In this document: positions 1 through 11,203 of the stretch, one piece after another | How positions within the stretch are numbered: position 1 is the first letter of the stretch | Layout: every line of letters begins with the position of its first letter | Position numbers and translations under genes: made by a program | Source: Octopus sinensis | Taxonomy: Eukaryota | Assembly (NCBI RefSeq): GCF_006345805.1 | Contig: NC_043015.1 | Location: 48,732,001 to 48,796,000, forward strand | Reading direction: 5' to 3' | DNA: 64,000 bases | Notes under the pieces: model-generated | Seen by the model: only the letters and a program-made list of their open reading frames with translations | What the model was told of the DNA's origin: nothing | The model's database searches: none

Positions 1-1847
1 TGATGATTATGATGAGTAATGCCTATTTTGCTTTTTGTGGAATTTGTTAATTTTGGATTAGAGTATGAAATGTCATGGAAAGTCACAATAAAATCACATG
101 AGAATTTTGATAAACGAAAACACAAGACATCAAGATAACAATGATGATTATGATGAGTAATGCCTATTTTGCTTTTTGTGGAATTTGCTAATTTTGGATT
201 AGGGTATGAAATGTCATGGAAAGTCACAATAAAATCATGAGAATTTTGATAAACGAAAACACAAGACATCAAGATAACGATGATGATTATGATGAGTAAT
301 GCCTATTTTGCTTTTTGTGGAATTTGCTAATTTTGGATTAGAGTATGAAATGTCATGGAAAGTCACAATAAAATCATGAGTATTTTGATAAACGAAACAC
401 AAGACATCAAGATAAAGATGATGATTATGATGAGTAATGCCTATTTTGCTTTTTGTGAATTTGTTAATTTTGGATTAGAGTATGAAATGTCATGGAAAGT
501 CACAATAAAATCATGAGAATTTTGATAAACGAAAACACAAGACATCAAGATAACGATGATGATATGATGAGTAATGCCTATTTTGCTTTTTGTGGAATTT
601 GTTAATTTTGGATTAGAGTATGAAAGTCATGGAAAGTCACAATAAAATCATGAGAATTTTGATAACGAAAACACAAGACATCAAGATAACGATGATGATT
701 ATGATGAGTAATGCCTATTTTGCTTTTTGTGGAATTTGTTAATTTTGGATTAGAGTATGAAATGTCATGGAAAGTCACAATAAAATCATGAGAATTTTGA
801 TAAACAAAACACAAGACATCAAGATAACGATGATGATTATGATGAGTATGCCTATTTTGCTTTTTGTGGAATTTGTTAATTTTGGATTAGAGTATGAAAT
901 GTCATGGAAAGTCACAATAAAATCATGAGAATTTTGATAAACGAAAACACAAGACATCAAGATAACGATGATGATTATGATGAGTAATGCCTATTTTGCT
1001 TTTTGTGGAATTGTTAATTTTGGATTAGAGTATGAAATGTCATGGAAAGTCACAATAAAATCATGAGAATTTTGATAAACGAAACACAAGACATCAAGAT
1101 AACGATGATGATATGATGAGTAATGCCTATTTTGCTTTTTGTGGAATTTGTTATTTTTTATTAGAGTATGAAATGTCATGGAAAGTCACATAAATCATGA
1201 GAATTTTGATAAACGAAAACACAAGACATCAAGATAACGATGATGATTATGATGAGTAATGCCTATTTTGCTTTTTGTGGAATTTGTTAATTTTGGATTA
1301 GAGTATGAAATGTCATGGAAAGTCACAATAAAATCATGAGAATTTTGATAAACGAAAACACAAGACATCAAGATAACGATGATGATTATGATGAGTAATG
1401 CCTATTTTGCTTTTTGTGGAATTTGTTAATTTTGGATTAGAGTATGAAATGTCATGGAAAGTCACAATAAAATCATGAGAATTTTGATAAACGAAAACAC
1501 AAGACATCAAGATAACGATGATGATTATGATGAGTAATGCCTATTTTGCTTTTTGTGGAATTTGTTAATTTTGGATTAGAGTATGAAATGTCATGGAAAG
1601 TCACAATAAAATCATGAGAATTTTGATAAACGAAAACACAAGACATCAAGATAACGATGATGATTATGATGAGTAATGCCTATTTTGCTTTTTGTGGAAT
1701 TTGTTAATTTTGGATTAGAGTATGAAATGTCATGGAAAGTCACAATAAAATCATGAGAATTTTGATAAACGAAAACACAAGACATCAAGATAACGATGAT
1801 GATTATGATGAGTAATGCCTATTTTGCTTTTTGTGGAATTTGTTAAT
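1..1847. repeat. Tandem array of a 139-bp unit, about 13 copies, running off the left edge
   Basis: The motif GCCTATTTTG recurs at 1261, 1400, 1539, 1678 and 1817 (period 139). Copies are nearly identical apart from 1-bp indels. Confidence 0.97.
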
Positions 1848-2039
1848 CTACAGCTAAAATTTTGTGCAAAATTGTCTTTATGATCTTTCAGAGTTACAAA
1901 AAAAATTTTTTAAACATGTCATTCTATTCTCTCTTCAATTTTAAGATTTGTAGCTTTAATTTTTTGCTTCAACATTGATAAAATTATAAGTGATTGGGTT
2001 CGTTTTCTTATATATTGCATTCTGATAATTTAATTTTTC

Positions 2040-2185
2040 CAAAAGTCGAATTGAAGGGAAATAAACATTCACAGTTTGTTTCCCTTGATGTCTTGTTTCC
2101 CTTTCGTTTACTGAAAATTTCATGTGATTTTATTGTGACTTTCTGTGTTTTAATCCAAACTGGAGATGAACATAAATGTTCCATG
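2040..2185 (-). repeat. Diverged, inverted copy of the 139-bp satellite monomer
   Basis: TTGATGTCTTG..TTTCGTTTA..AAAATT.TCATGTGATTTTATTGTGACTTTC..TAATCCAAA is the reverse complement of the array unit with many substitutions. Confidence 0.8.
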
Positions 2186-2514
2186 TGATAATAGGCTTGG
2201 TAATTGTCGGGCATTCCTTAGCATGAAACCAATGGTAGCCTTAATACACAAATAATGTATCTTTGTTTACCCATGTAGTGTTGACCACTCATTACCATTG
2301 TTCAATATTTACATATATTGAAAGGCAGCAAGCTGGCAGAAATGTTAGCATGTTGGGCAAAATGCTTAGAAGTGCCAGTTGCATACAGGGGTTGATCTAA
2401 TCGAATGGGCCCCCTCCCCAAAAATTTCGGGCCTTTTGCCTAGAGTAGAAAAGTATATTTACATATATATATACACACACACACTTATACATGTATGTAT
2501 GTATGTGTGTATAT

Positions 2515-2546
<32 letters not shown>

Positions 2547-2682
2547 GCATACACACGTATGTATATATATATATAATATGTGTGTGGGTGTGTGAATTAT
2601 ATTTATATTATACATGTATATCGTATGCACAATATCACTGAATTAAGTGTTGTTTTATCAGGATATATTTATTGTGTTTCAG

Positions 2683-3055
2683 ATATAAGCTTTTACGTAA
2701 CAGAAATTTTAATAAAGATGGATTAAGTAATTTGAAGTATGATTTACGTGAGTTGAAGTCTGAGAAGCTGTTTACCCATGTAAAAGTTCATCTCGTGGAA
2801 TTACACGTGGAAGCAACAAAATACAAGTCAACTAAATCATACGTGACACTTATGTCAAACAAAACAGAAAGATCAAAAGTGATGGAACGACCAAACAAGA
2901 CGAAAAGACCAAATGGGACGGAAAGACCAAACGGGACGGAAAGACCAAACGGGACGGAAAGACCAAACAAGACGGAAATATCAAACCAGACAGAAAGCTC
3001 AACCAAAACAGAAAGCTCAAACATGACACACATAACACTCAAGCCTAAGTTTTGA
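2683..3055 (+). CDS. Terminal coding exon of a GT7-family beta-1,4-galactosyl/GalNAc-transferase (B4GALT/bre-4-like); upstream exons not found in the window
   Basis: Acceptor ttgtgtttcAG at 2681-2682, phase 2. Translation (R)YKLLRNRNFNKDGLSNLKYDLRELKSEKLFTHVKVHL resembles the GT7 C-terminus (R-[FY]..L....DGL.[SN]LKY......LYT...V.[IL]). It continues into a repeat tail and stops at 3053-3055. Confidence 0.75.
2856..3030 (+). repeat. In-frame 18-bp coding minisatellite (ERPNGT-like hexapeptides)
   Basis: GAAAGACCAAACGGGACG repeated, with diverged flanking copies. Confidence 0.9.
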
Positions 3056-3191
3056 ACAGATAATTGACTTTACGACTTGTGTGTGTTTATATATACATAT
3101 TCATACATGCATATATAAATATTTATATATATATATAAATATTTATATATATATATAACCATATATATATATATATAATCATATATATATA

Positions 3192-3536
3192 TTACAGAGA
3201 TGTACTTGCATAGCGAGTGACTTGATCTGAGATCATAATCTGGAACGAAAACAATTGCAGCGTGGAAGGTGTTTATAAGCCATTTAAGAAACACACAAAA
3301 CCGTTAGATTCACTTCAACATTTAAATTTAACTTGTCAAAATATTTTCGTCGTTTTGAGGCCGCGACATGTTCACTGACAAAGCTTCGTGATGCAGCAAG
3401 AAGATTTGGCAGTGAACATGTCACGGCCTCAAAGCGCCGAAAATATTTTGACAAATTAAACTTAAATGTTGAAGTGAATCTAACGGTTTTGTGTGTTTCT
3501 TAAATGGCTTATAAACACCTTCCACGCTGCAATTGT
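3192..3536. mobile_element. Tail-plus-palindrome (fold-back) repeat, family F1 copy 1
   Basis: A ~60-bp unique tail, then ~130-bp inverted arms (ACAATTGCAGCGTGGAAGG.../...CCTTCCACGCTGCAATTGT). Related copies at 17898 and 23921. Confidence 0.85.
3333..3381 (-). ncRNA. Hammerhead-topology motif with G3-C8 swapped core (family F1)
   Basis: Minus strand reads TTGTCA-GTGAACA-T-GTCG(loop)CGAC-GAA-AATATT-T-TGACAA: stem I 6 bp, 7-nt core, stem II 4 bp, GAA, palindromic stem III. Confidence 0.55.
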
Positions 3537-3801
3537 GTATGTATATATATATATATATTCATATATATATGTATATATATTCATATATATATATATATTA
3601 TATATATATATTCATATATATATATATATCATATATATATATTCATATAAATATATATATCATATATATATATTCATATAAATATATATATATATATTCA
3701 TATAATATATATATTATATATATTCATATAAATATATATATATATATTCATATAAATATATATATATATATATTCATATAAATATATATATATATATATT
3801 C

Positions 3802-3840
<39 letters not shown>

Positions 3841-4050
3841 TATATATATATATATATATTCATATATATATATATATATATTCATATATATATATAATAT
3901 TCATATATATATATATATATATTCATATAAATATATATATATATTCATATAAATATATATATATATTCATATATATATATATATATATTCATACATACAC
4001 ATATATATATATATATATAATATATATATATATATTATATATATATATAT
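3536..4050. repeat. (TA)n-rich microsatellite with TTCATA interruptions
   Basis: Direct inspection. Confidence 0.95.
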
Positions 4051-4586
4051 ATAGATAGATAGATACAGATATATAATTATCATCTTCATCATCATCATCA
4101 TCTTCATTATAATTTACGTATATATTTATATGTTATCTGAATACATATCTCTACACAAATACAGATGTTTGAACCATTTGCTGAATCCCTCAGAGCAATG
4201 ATTCAGGTGATTTTCATCCAAATAAATTGAATATTATCACACTATGTGTTGCATGTATTTTCTTTTGTTTGTTACAACAAATGTACAGGAAACTGCACAC
4301 ACTTACACACACATGCACCCTCATAGATATGTATATATATATATATGTACAGGTAAGATCTAAGCATCAGGGTGTAGGAAGTTATAAGCTTCAAGCTGTC
4401 CATAGAAGGTATAAAAAACCTTCAGGAACAATAATGGTTTATTAACATAGAAGATTATAAATTTTTCCTATATCAAGGTTTGATAAGCTGAGAAAGTTAT
4501 TTCATAGTTCATGGTTAACAGCTAGAGTTGCTGTCTACACATACGTACGTACGTACATACATACATACATTCACACACACATACAT

Positions 4587-5114
4587 GGTGGCTGCCCCCT
4601 CGTTATCGAGTACGGCCATTGCATGAAGCTTAACTGTTATTGGTGCTGTGATTGAATGTGACTTTTTAGCCCAGCTAAAGATCTACAATGTTTTGTACAG
4701 AATTGGCAGCTAAAACCTTTACCGGTAATAGCCGGCTGTAGTTGTAACTGGGCTTCACTTACCTTTACATGGTGTTTAAGTCCTCTTGCCAAATTACACT
4801 CTCTTCCACATGCCTGACAGATATGATCGGTATGGTGTGTTACACTACCACCAGTAGCCAGGATGTCACTCATCTGTCTTGCTTTATGACTACGAAGATG
4901 ACTCTTGAGTCCAGCTTTACTGAGGCAGGGTCTTGCACAGACACTGCATGTCAGCATCAAAGGAAGACCCTTCCCATCTGGAAGTGTAACAGCGATGCCC
5001 TTCCTGACATCCCTCTTTACTTTCTCATGCACAACTCGAGATTTCTCAAAAGTAGCTGTCCCCTCGTGCACAATCCTTCTCCACCTGCTACGATCAATAG
5101 CTATGCCCTCCCAT
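4587..5114 (-). mobile_element. 5'-truncated RTE/BovB-type LINE 3' end (ORF2 C-terminus with C2H2 fingers)
   Basis: ORF 4637-5122 reads WEGIAIDRSRWRRIVHEG..FEKSR..KR..RK..CSVCARPCLSKAGLKSHLRSH, the typical RTE C-terminus. A short 3' UTR ends in (ATGT)n-type repeats. Confidence 0.8.
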
Positions 5115-6212
5115 ACATACACATATATAACTATGGGGAAGAGCTGAAAATTTTCTGATCAGTTGACAAATTTTTTACGGCTCTAAATCAACAAATGGGG
5201 AATTCCACACATGAACTAAGTAGCATTTAAAATGTGGACAAAGACCAAAGACTTCTCTGGAATTTAGAAGGATCCCCACATCTAGCTAGACTATTAGAAT
5301 CCTTTCCCACTCTGCTATGCAAAACTTGCATCGTTTGCTCCTGTTTATGTAGGACCCCAGCTATTCAAGGAGTCTCCATTTAATTGTGTATAGATTCCCT
5401 TCATCCTTTAGTGTTCTTTGTATTAAGACAATTTTGAAGAGAATTGGAATAAATGGTAAACTGGAAGTGTAAGGTCAGGTGAGTATGATAGGACAACTCA
5501 ACCCATTTCTGCTGGAACTGCATGGAAACATGATGCCTCACATTATCCTGAAGAAAGACAACACCCTTCCAATTAATCAATTCTGGTCATTTTCATTGAT
5601 TACCTCCTTTACTTTGGCTAATTGGGAACAATAATTGTCTGAATTCAATGTTATGATTTTGTAGAATGAACTCATATATTACACAACACCCTTCCAATCC
5701 CATTGGATATGGAATGTCACCTTCTTCAGATGCCTATTAGTATTTGAAGTGATTGAAGGTGGTTCTCTGGGATCTTTTATTGTTCTATGTTGTTGTAAGC
5801 AATTCATCCTTCATCATCTGTGGTTGTTCTTTTCAAAAATGAGTCATTTTTGAAACATAGATGGAAATACAATAATTTAAAGTATTTTCTATTAAATTAT
5901 GAGGCATCCAATTGTCATAATGGTTTGCATACAGATGTGTTTGAGATGCCTTATAGCACTCGTATAAGATACATGGACTATCTTTGCAATGTGTTGTGCG
6001 ATTACTTTCGAGTAGCATTTGATTTGGTCATCATCAACTTTTGTAGGCTTGATGGAATATTCATGGATTCCCAGATCAAAATTTCACTCCTAAACCTTGC
6101 AAACCTTACAGCTATGTTACCATCACCATCTTCATAAATTGCACATGTGTTTTTTGATGATTGTACAGCATTAATAATGAAAATGTGTCTCATTTTCAAT
6201 TTCAATGAAAAA

Positions 6213-6499
6213 AAGTTGTGTGAGAGTCTGTCTCTTCCGATTTAGATTCCTAACTACTCCCACATTTTGCGGTGCAGTTTAACCATAAGCGGGTATCTTA
6301 TAGTTGTGATTCATATCGAGCCCTTCTGGATATTAGCATGCGTCTACAATGAGTCTACGATTTAAAAAAAAATTTGCCATCATTTTTTCGGATTTTTAAT
6401 GCATTTTTTGCTCGGTTTATATAAGGGAAGTAACTCTCTAAAAATGCTTATATAGTTATTTCCCTTACAAACCCGAGCAACGCCAGGCGATACTGCTAG
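6213..6499 (+). mobile_element. Non-autonomous Helitron-like element (3' part)
   Basis: Ends CCCGAGCAACGCCAGG..TACTGCTAG|T (subterminal hairpin plus CTAG). Homologous to 14905-15558. Confidence 0.65.
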
Positions 6500-6664
6500 T
6501 GTAGAAATAAACTATGTACACAATAATCATTTAGAACAACATGTTAAAATGTCGACTTTCAGAAAATATATATCCGTTGCATACATCTAACACACAAGAA
6601 ACAAAAGCATGTTTTTAAACTGCATAAAATGGAAAAGGATACAAACATTTGTTCCAAACCAATA

Positions 6665-6919
6665 TATTGGGTTGGTGTATAATTATTGCGGCTTTTTTTC
6701 AACAAATTTTATTCAACAAAAACAATAACAATATTGAACAAAAACTTCTTTGAATGACAGTCTGACCATCTGCCAAGCAAATGGGAAGCAGTAATTGAAG
6801 TAGATGGTGAATATGCTCTGGAATAATCATTCAAAGATGTTTTTGTTACATGTTGTTATTGTTTTTGTTGAATTAAATTTGTTGAAAAAAAGTCGTAATA
6901 ATTATGCATCAAATCAATA
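6665..6919 (+). mobile_element. Mariner-derived MITE (internal deletion derivative)
   Basis: ~65-bp TIRs beginning TATTGGGTTGGTGTATAATTATTGCGG (mariner-like) in a TA context. The interior encodes LPSKWEAVIEVDGEYALE*, resembling a mariner transposase C-terminus. Confidence 0.8.
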
Positions 6920-6930
6920 TATATATATAT

Positions 6931-7447
6931 CAATAATAAATCTCTGAACAAGTTATAAACAGTAGCTGCACGACAATGTAAAGTATATTTGCCAACAAAA
7001 TGTGGCTAACCACTAAGGGTGGATGCTACTGTAGCTTGTAGCCCCAGGAGGACATCTTTCTGTGCCCTATCAGTATTTGCAAAGAGAAGCAATCCTTCCC
7101 ATTGTTGGCCTGATGTGATACGCATGGACCAGGGTTTCTGGGTATTTACCCGTCATCAGCGCATGACAATCACCGGTCTTTGATGCGAAGGGTTCCCAAT
7201 GCAAACACATATATCCTTTTTCAAGTGACGAAAAGTCACTGATCTCGAAAAAGTGTAAACAAGCAATAATAAATCTCTGAACGAGGTATAAACAGTAGCT
7301 GCACGACAATTTGAAGTATATTTGCAAATACTAATAGGGCACAGAAAGTGTGTCAATAGCCAGCTGGAGAAAATGTTCTCCTGGGGCTACAAGCTACAGT
7401 AGCACCCACCCTTAGTGGTTAGCCACATTTAAGTGGCAAATATACTT

Positions 7448-7450
<3 letters not shown>
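6931..7450. repeat. Composite repeat with direct (6931-6990 / 7264-7325) and inverted (6983-7050 / 7375-7450) segments
   Basis: CAATAATAAATCTCTGAAC.. occurs twice in direct orientation. TGTGGCTAACCACTAAGGGTGG..GTAGCCCCAGGAG occurs in inverted orientation. Confidence 0.75.
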
Positions 7451-7508
<58 letters not shown>

Positions 7509-8080
7509 ATATATATAAAACTGAGAATGTGTGTCTGTCTGTGTGTTTCCCTAAAACTTGAGAACTACACAACCAATTTCATTCAAATTTTACACATGCC
7601 TTACTTAAGGTCCAGGGAGTGTCATCGGCAAAAAAAAAAATCTTAACTTTTTCCTTAGGGCGACTGCTAGCACGTCTTGTGTCCATCTCCCATGTTCCTA
7701 CCTTTACGCTTTCACTCCATACACACCAGCTCAATTTGAATCATTCTCAGTCGAAAGGTGCCTGTTGTTATTTCTTATTGTTTGTATTCGTAATTCTGTA
7801 CCATGTTCTCTGTCTTTGTTGCCGTATACATTCGCTAGCTTTCTTACAAAGGGGTCAAATGCTCTTAGCTTAGACTCTTTTGGGGGCAACCAGATCGAAC
7901 CATCTCAAGTGTAACTGTCCGAAATGGTCGTGACTTCTGGGACTTGACTGAAGAAAGAAAGCCAAGAATGACCCGTCTTTTTGCCTGTCCTTCTAATTGT
8001 TGTTTCTCTTGTCCGCCTTTGTGTTGTCCATCTGTCTGAATGTTTTAATGCCCTTTGTTCCATTTTTATTCATATATACA

Positions 8081-8324
8081 TACTGGAGTAAACACATAAA
8101 TGTGAAACAAGGTGGAAAAAAGAGTACTCAAATACCAGGGGTAGAGTAATATGCTTTATTTAAAAGCAGCAGAAATTCAACAAAACCTGTTACTCAGAGT
8201 TTCACATTCCCGTTCATTGGACAGTTTTGCTAAAAAATTTTTTAGCAAAACTGTCCGACGAACGGGAATGTGAAACTCTGAGTAACAGGTTTTGTTGAAT
8301 TTCTGCTGCTTTTAAATAAAGTAT
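8081..8324. mobile_element. Tail-plus-palindrome repeat, family F2 copy 1
   Basis: A ~70-bp tail, then a near-perfect palindrome 8151-8324 centred at 8237/8238. Second copy at 52971-53186. Confidence 0.88.
8251..8288 (+). ncRNA. Minimal hammerhead-like motif with U4C core (family F2)
   Basis: CTGT-CCGACGA-ACG(GGAA)TGT-GAA-ACTC(T)GAGT-A-ACAG; predicted GUA cleavage triplet. Confidence 0.5.
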
Positions 8325-8590
8325 ATATATATAGCACTCATTCTTAAAATAAATCAAATATAAACACCAGTCATACAGAATACATTCACACTCTTTGATT
8401 TTCCGGTACCCCCCTTCTGCCAACCGGATTCTGACCTTGAACTATCTCAACGGACAATCTCTTCTGCTTTCACCCAGCCTGGCGTCAACGCATATAGATA
8501 GACATTTTGTGTCATTAATTTCATGGGCTCCTTGTGAGCGTTTGTCGATAAGCTTGTTGTGCATTTTGTTGGAGAATTAAGTTCCTGGAG

Positions 8591-8672
8591 TTTCCTGAAG
8601 AGAAAGCTGCAAAACGGACTCCTTATTCAATTGGAATTAGGGACTTTGCAGACTTCGAAACATATGTCGAAA
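8591..8672 (+). ncRNA. Type-I hammerhead ribozyme motif, canonical core
   Basis: TTTC-CTGAAGA-GAA..CTGCAAA(long loop)TTTGCAG..TTC-GAA-ACATATGT-C-GAAA: G10.1-C11.1 pair, palindromic stem III, GUC triplet. It lies in a ~400-bp repeat (about 8330-8730) flanked by (TA)n. Confidence 0.72.
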
Positions 8673-8725
8673 ATAAAATAAAGGAATTTGGTTAAATCGT
8701 CGTTCAGCTCCATTCTTTACTATAC

Positions 8726-8761
<36 letters not shown>

Positions 8762-8764
8762 TAG

Positions 8765-9150
8765 ATATATTTATTCTTCTATCTGTTTCAGTCATTTGAC
8801 TGTGACCATGCTGGAGCACCACCTTGAAGGAGTTTAGTTGAACAAATCAACCCCAGGACTTATTTTTTAAGCCCAGTGATTATTCTATTGGTCTCTTTTA
8901 CTGAACTGCTAGGTTATGAAGACATAGATACACCAACACTGGTTGTCAAGTGGTGATGGGGAGCAAACACGGACACAATCATATACACACAGACAGAGGC
9001 TTCTTTCAGTTTCTGTCCACCAAATCCACTCACAAGGCTTTGGTTGGCCTAAGGCTATAGTAGAAGGCACTTGCCCAAGGTACCATGCAGTGGGACTGAA
9101 CCTAGAACAATGTGGTTGGGAAGCAAGCTTCTTACCACACAACCATGCCA
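8765..9150 (-). mobile_element. tRNA-derived SINE, family A
   Basis: Reverse complement of GGCTGTGTGGTAAG..GGTTCAGTCCCACTG..CCTTGGGCAAGTG..CAGTCAAATGACTGAAAC. More than 10 copies in the window. Confidence 0.85.
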
Positions 9151-10195
9151 CCTTATCATGCCATGCAGCCCCGCCTGCTTCTTTCAGCTTCAATCTACCA
9201 AATTCACTCACAAGGCTTTGGTCAGAATAGAGTTATAGAGGAAAATACTTGTCCAAGGTGCCACACAGTGGGACTGAACTCAGAACCATGTGGCTGAAAA
9301 GCAAAATTCTCAGTGCACAGACATGTGTACTGTGTGTGCCTCGATATAAAAAAAATAAGTAGCCACCACAAATATGAAAGAAAGACTTAAATAATGGAGG
9401 ATTTAATTTTGGAATCAAAATATTACATCATTAATTCTGTTTATAATGTTTATTAACAGTCCGATGTTCACACACACACATGCACACACACACACACACA
9501 CATACACACACACACACACCACACACACACACACACACACTATAACAATGAGGTTAATCACAGCAAATTTACAGAAAGAATATCATTTTAACTGCTGCAT
9601 GCTGTTCTCAAATCCTATGTCAGACATGACTAATCAACCCAATGGTGAAAGACAGTCCAACACCATCTGCCATTTATTTATTTGTAATGTAACTGGATCT
9701 ACATCATTCACTGTGTCCTTTCTTCGATTAGGGTAGTAGGGTGTGATTTCAGTGAGATTTTACTGCTATTTCTAGCAGCTGAAGCAACTGCATGCATTCG
9801 CTGCTCACTTTGCATCAAGCTGTTATGAATGGCTTTTCAATTAAGATGTTAGTAAAGATTTAATTCAACCTGAAAATATGATTTATCTTAGTAACAGGCA
9901 GCAAATTCAACGCCTACAAAACCTCTAACCCCACTTCATCCCCTCGTAAAGACTACAGCCCTATGAAATCTATGCTCATAAAACAATTGCTGGCACTGAA
10001 ATGGTGTTTTTTCTCTTCTCCCTTCTTTTGTCATCGGAACATCATTTTGATGTCAACATGGAGTATTGTTCTGTATTTTATGAGCAACTGTAAGCATGTT
10101 ACAACAATTATGGACGCCATACTGGGGTTAAATGAGGGAAAACAACAATTACATGGAGTGAGAGTGTCCCTTTGGTCAAGATGAAAAATGCTGGA

Positions 10196-10250
10196 TTATC
10201 CTAAAAATGGATGTATATGTTGGTCGCCGTATCCTTGTAATCTCGCTAAT
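10196..10250 (-). CDS. CYB5R4: Cytochrome b5 reductase 4, coding exon 14 (last)
   Basis: tttccAG acceptor, phase 2; (R)LARLQGYGDQHIHPFLG* with TAA at 10198-10196. Confidence 0.92.
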
Positions 10251-10809
10251 CTGGAAACATACAAATAAAAACTTTTATTAGAAAAATACCTGCGATGATA
10301 AGAATTAAAATATGTCAAAATGAACTAGGTTTAATCAATGTGGCTGAGACTCGTTAAAGGAACTGTAATAAATAAATGCTCTACATGGGTTGGTGAAGGG
10401 CTGTTGTTCTCAACCAGAGTTTGTAGGAGATTTTGGTGTTAAAGTCTTTTGAGTAATATGTTGGTTATATTCCTACAACACACAATACAAAGAATCTTAA
10501 CAATTCTTTATACAATTCCTAATAATATTTAACTCTAAAAATATAATAGGACTGTTTTTTTAAGCATCAAATGGTTATGGGGATCCACCTGAGTAAAATA
10601 GGTAAAAAAATGGTTGGGAACCACTGGGTTCATTTGGGTGTGAGAGGTCCCAGGTTGGAATCCTGGATGAGCTCATTGCTACTCTTTGTTTCATCTACAG
10701 ATTCTTTTTCTGGCAGTACCCCAGCATGGCCACAGCCTTTGGGCTGAAACACATAAACTTGATTGAGGATATTGATGATTAGGAAGGAGGTTTCAACAAA
10801 AGTATTTAC

Positions 10810-10980
10810 CTCATAGTATTTGCAGTGAATGGTGAAGGACCACAGGCACAGATTAACATGTTCTGATCAACGAGTGAAGTAAACGGAGGTATATGCTGAT
10901 TAGCCAGCTCCTCATCTAAATGACCAACAGGACCAGACCATTGACTATCTGGCTGTGATAATACATATTTTACCTGGAAT
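10810..10980 (-). CDS. CYB5R4: CYB5R4 coding exon 13 (NAD-binding domain)
   Basis: tttttcAG..GTaaat, phase 2-2; (R)FQVKYVLSQPDSQWSGPVGHL...LICACGPSPFTANTM(R), with the CGP motif. Confidence 0.95.
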
Positions 10981-11123
10981 CTGAAAAACAAAAAAATCCA
11001 TAAATGCAACATATTTAAAATATCAACCAGTACAAATTCAGACATGGGTTTATATATATCTATATATATAAAACTAAATTGATCAAAATAAAAATAAAAA
11101 TAAAAACATGAGGCGAAGGATTC

Positions 11124-11203
11124 AGCGGTACATATGTTTCGGGCCTTTATTAGACAGATACATAACAAATCATAATGTATGTCTGTGGCCTTCTTCAGCC
11201 GCT
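11124..11203 (-). ncRNA. Type-I hammerhead motif in the 3' pseudo-LTR of the PLE
   Basis: Reverse complement of 14708-14787; same structure. Confidence 0.7.

Noticed and set aside
1-1847. Hammerhead in the 139-bp unit (ATGATGA..GTAT GAAA TGTCAT G)
   Set aside because: Position 3 cannot pair with G8, position 17 would be G, and there is no stem I.
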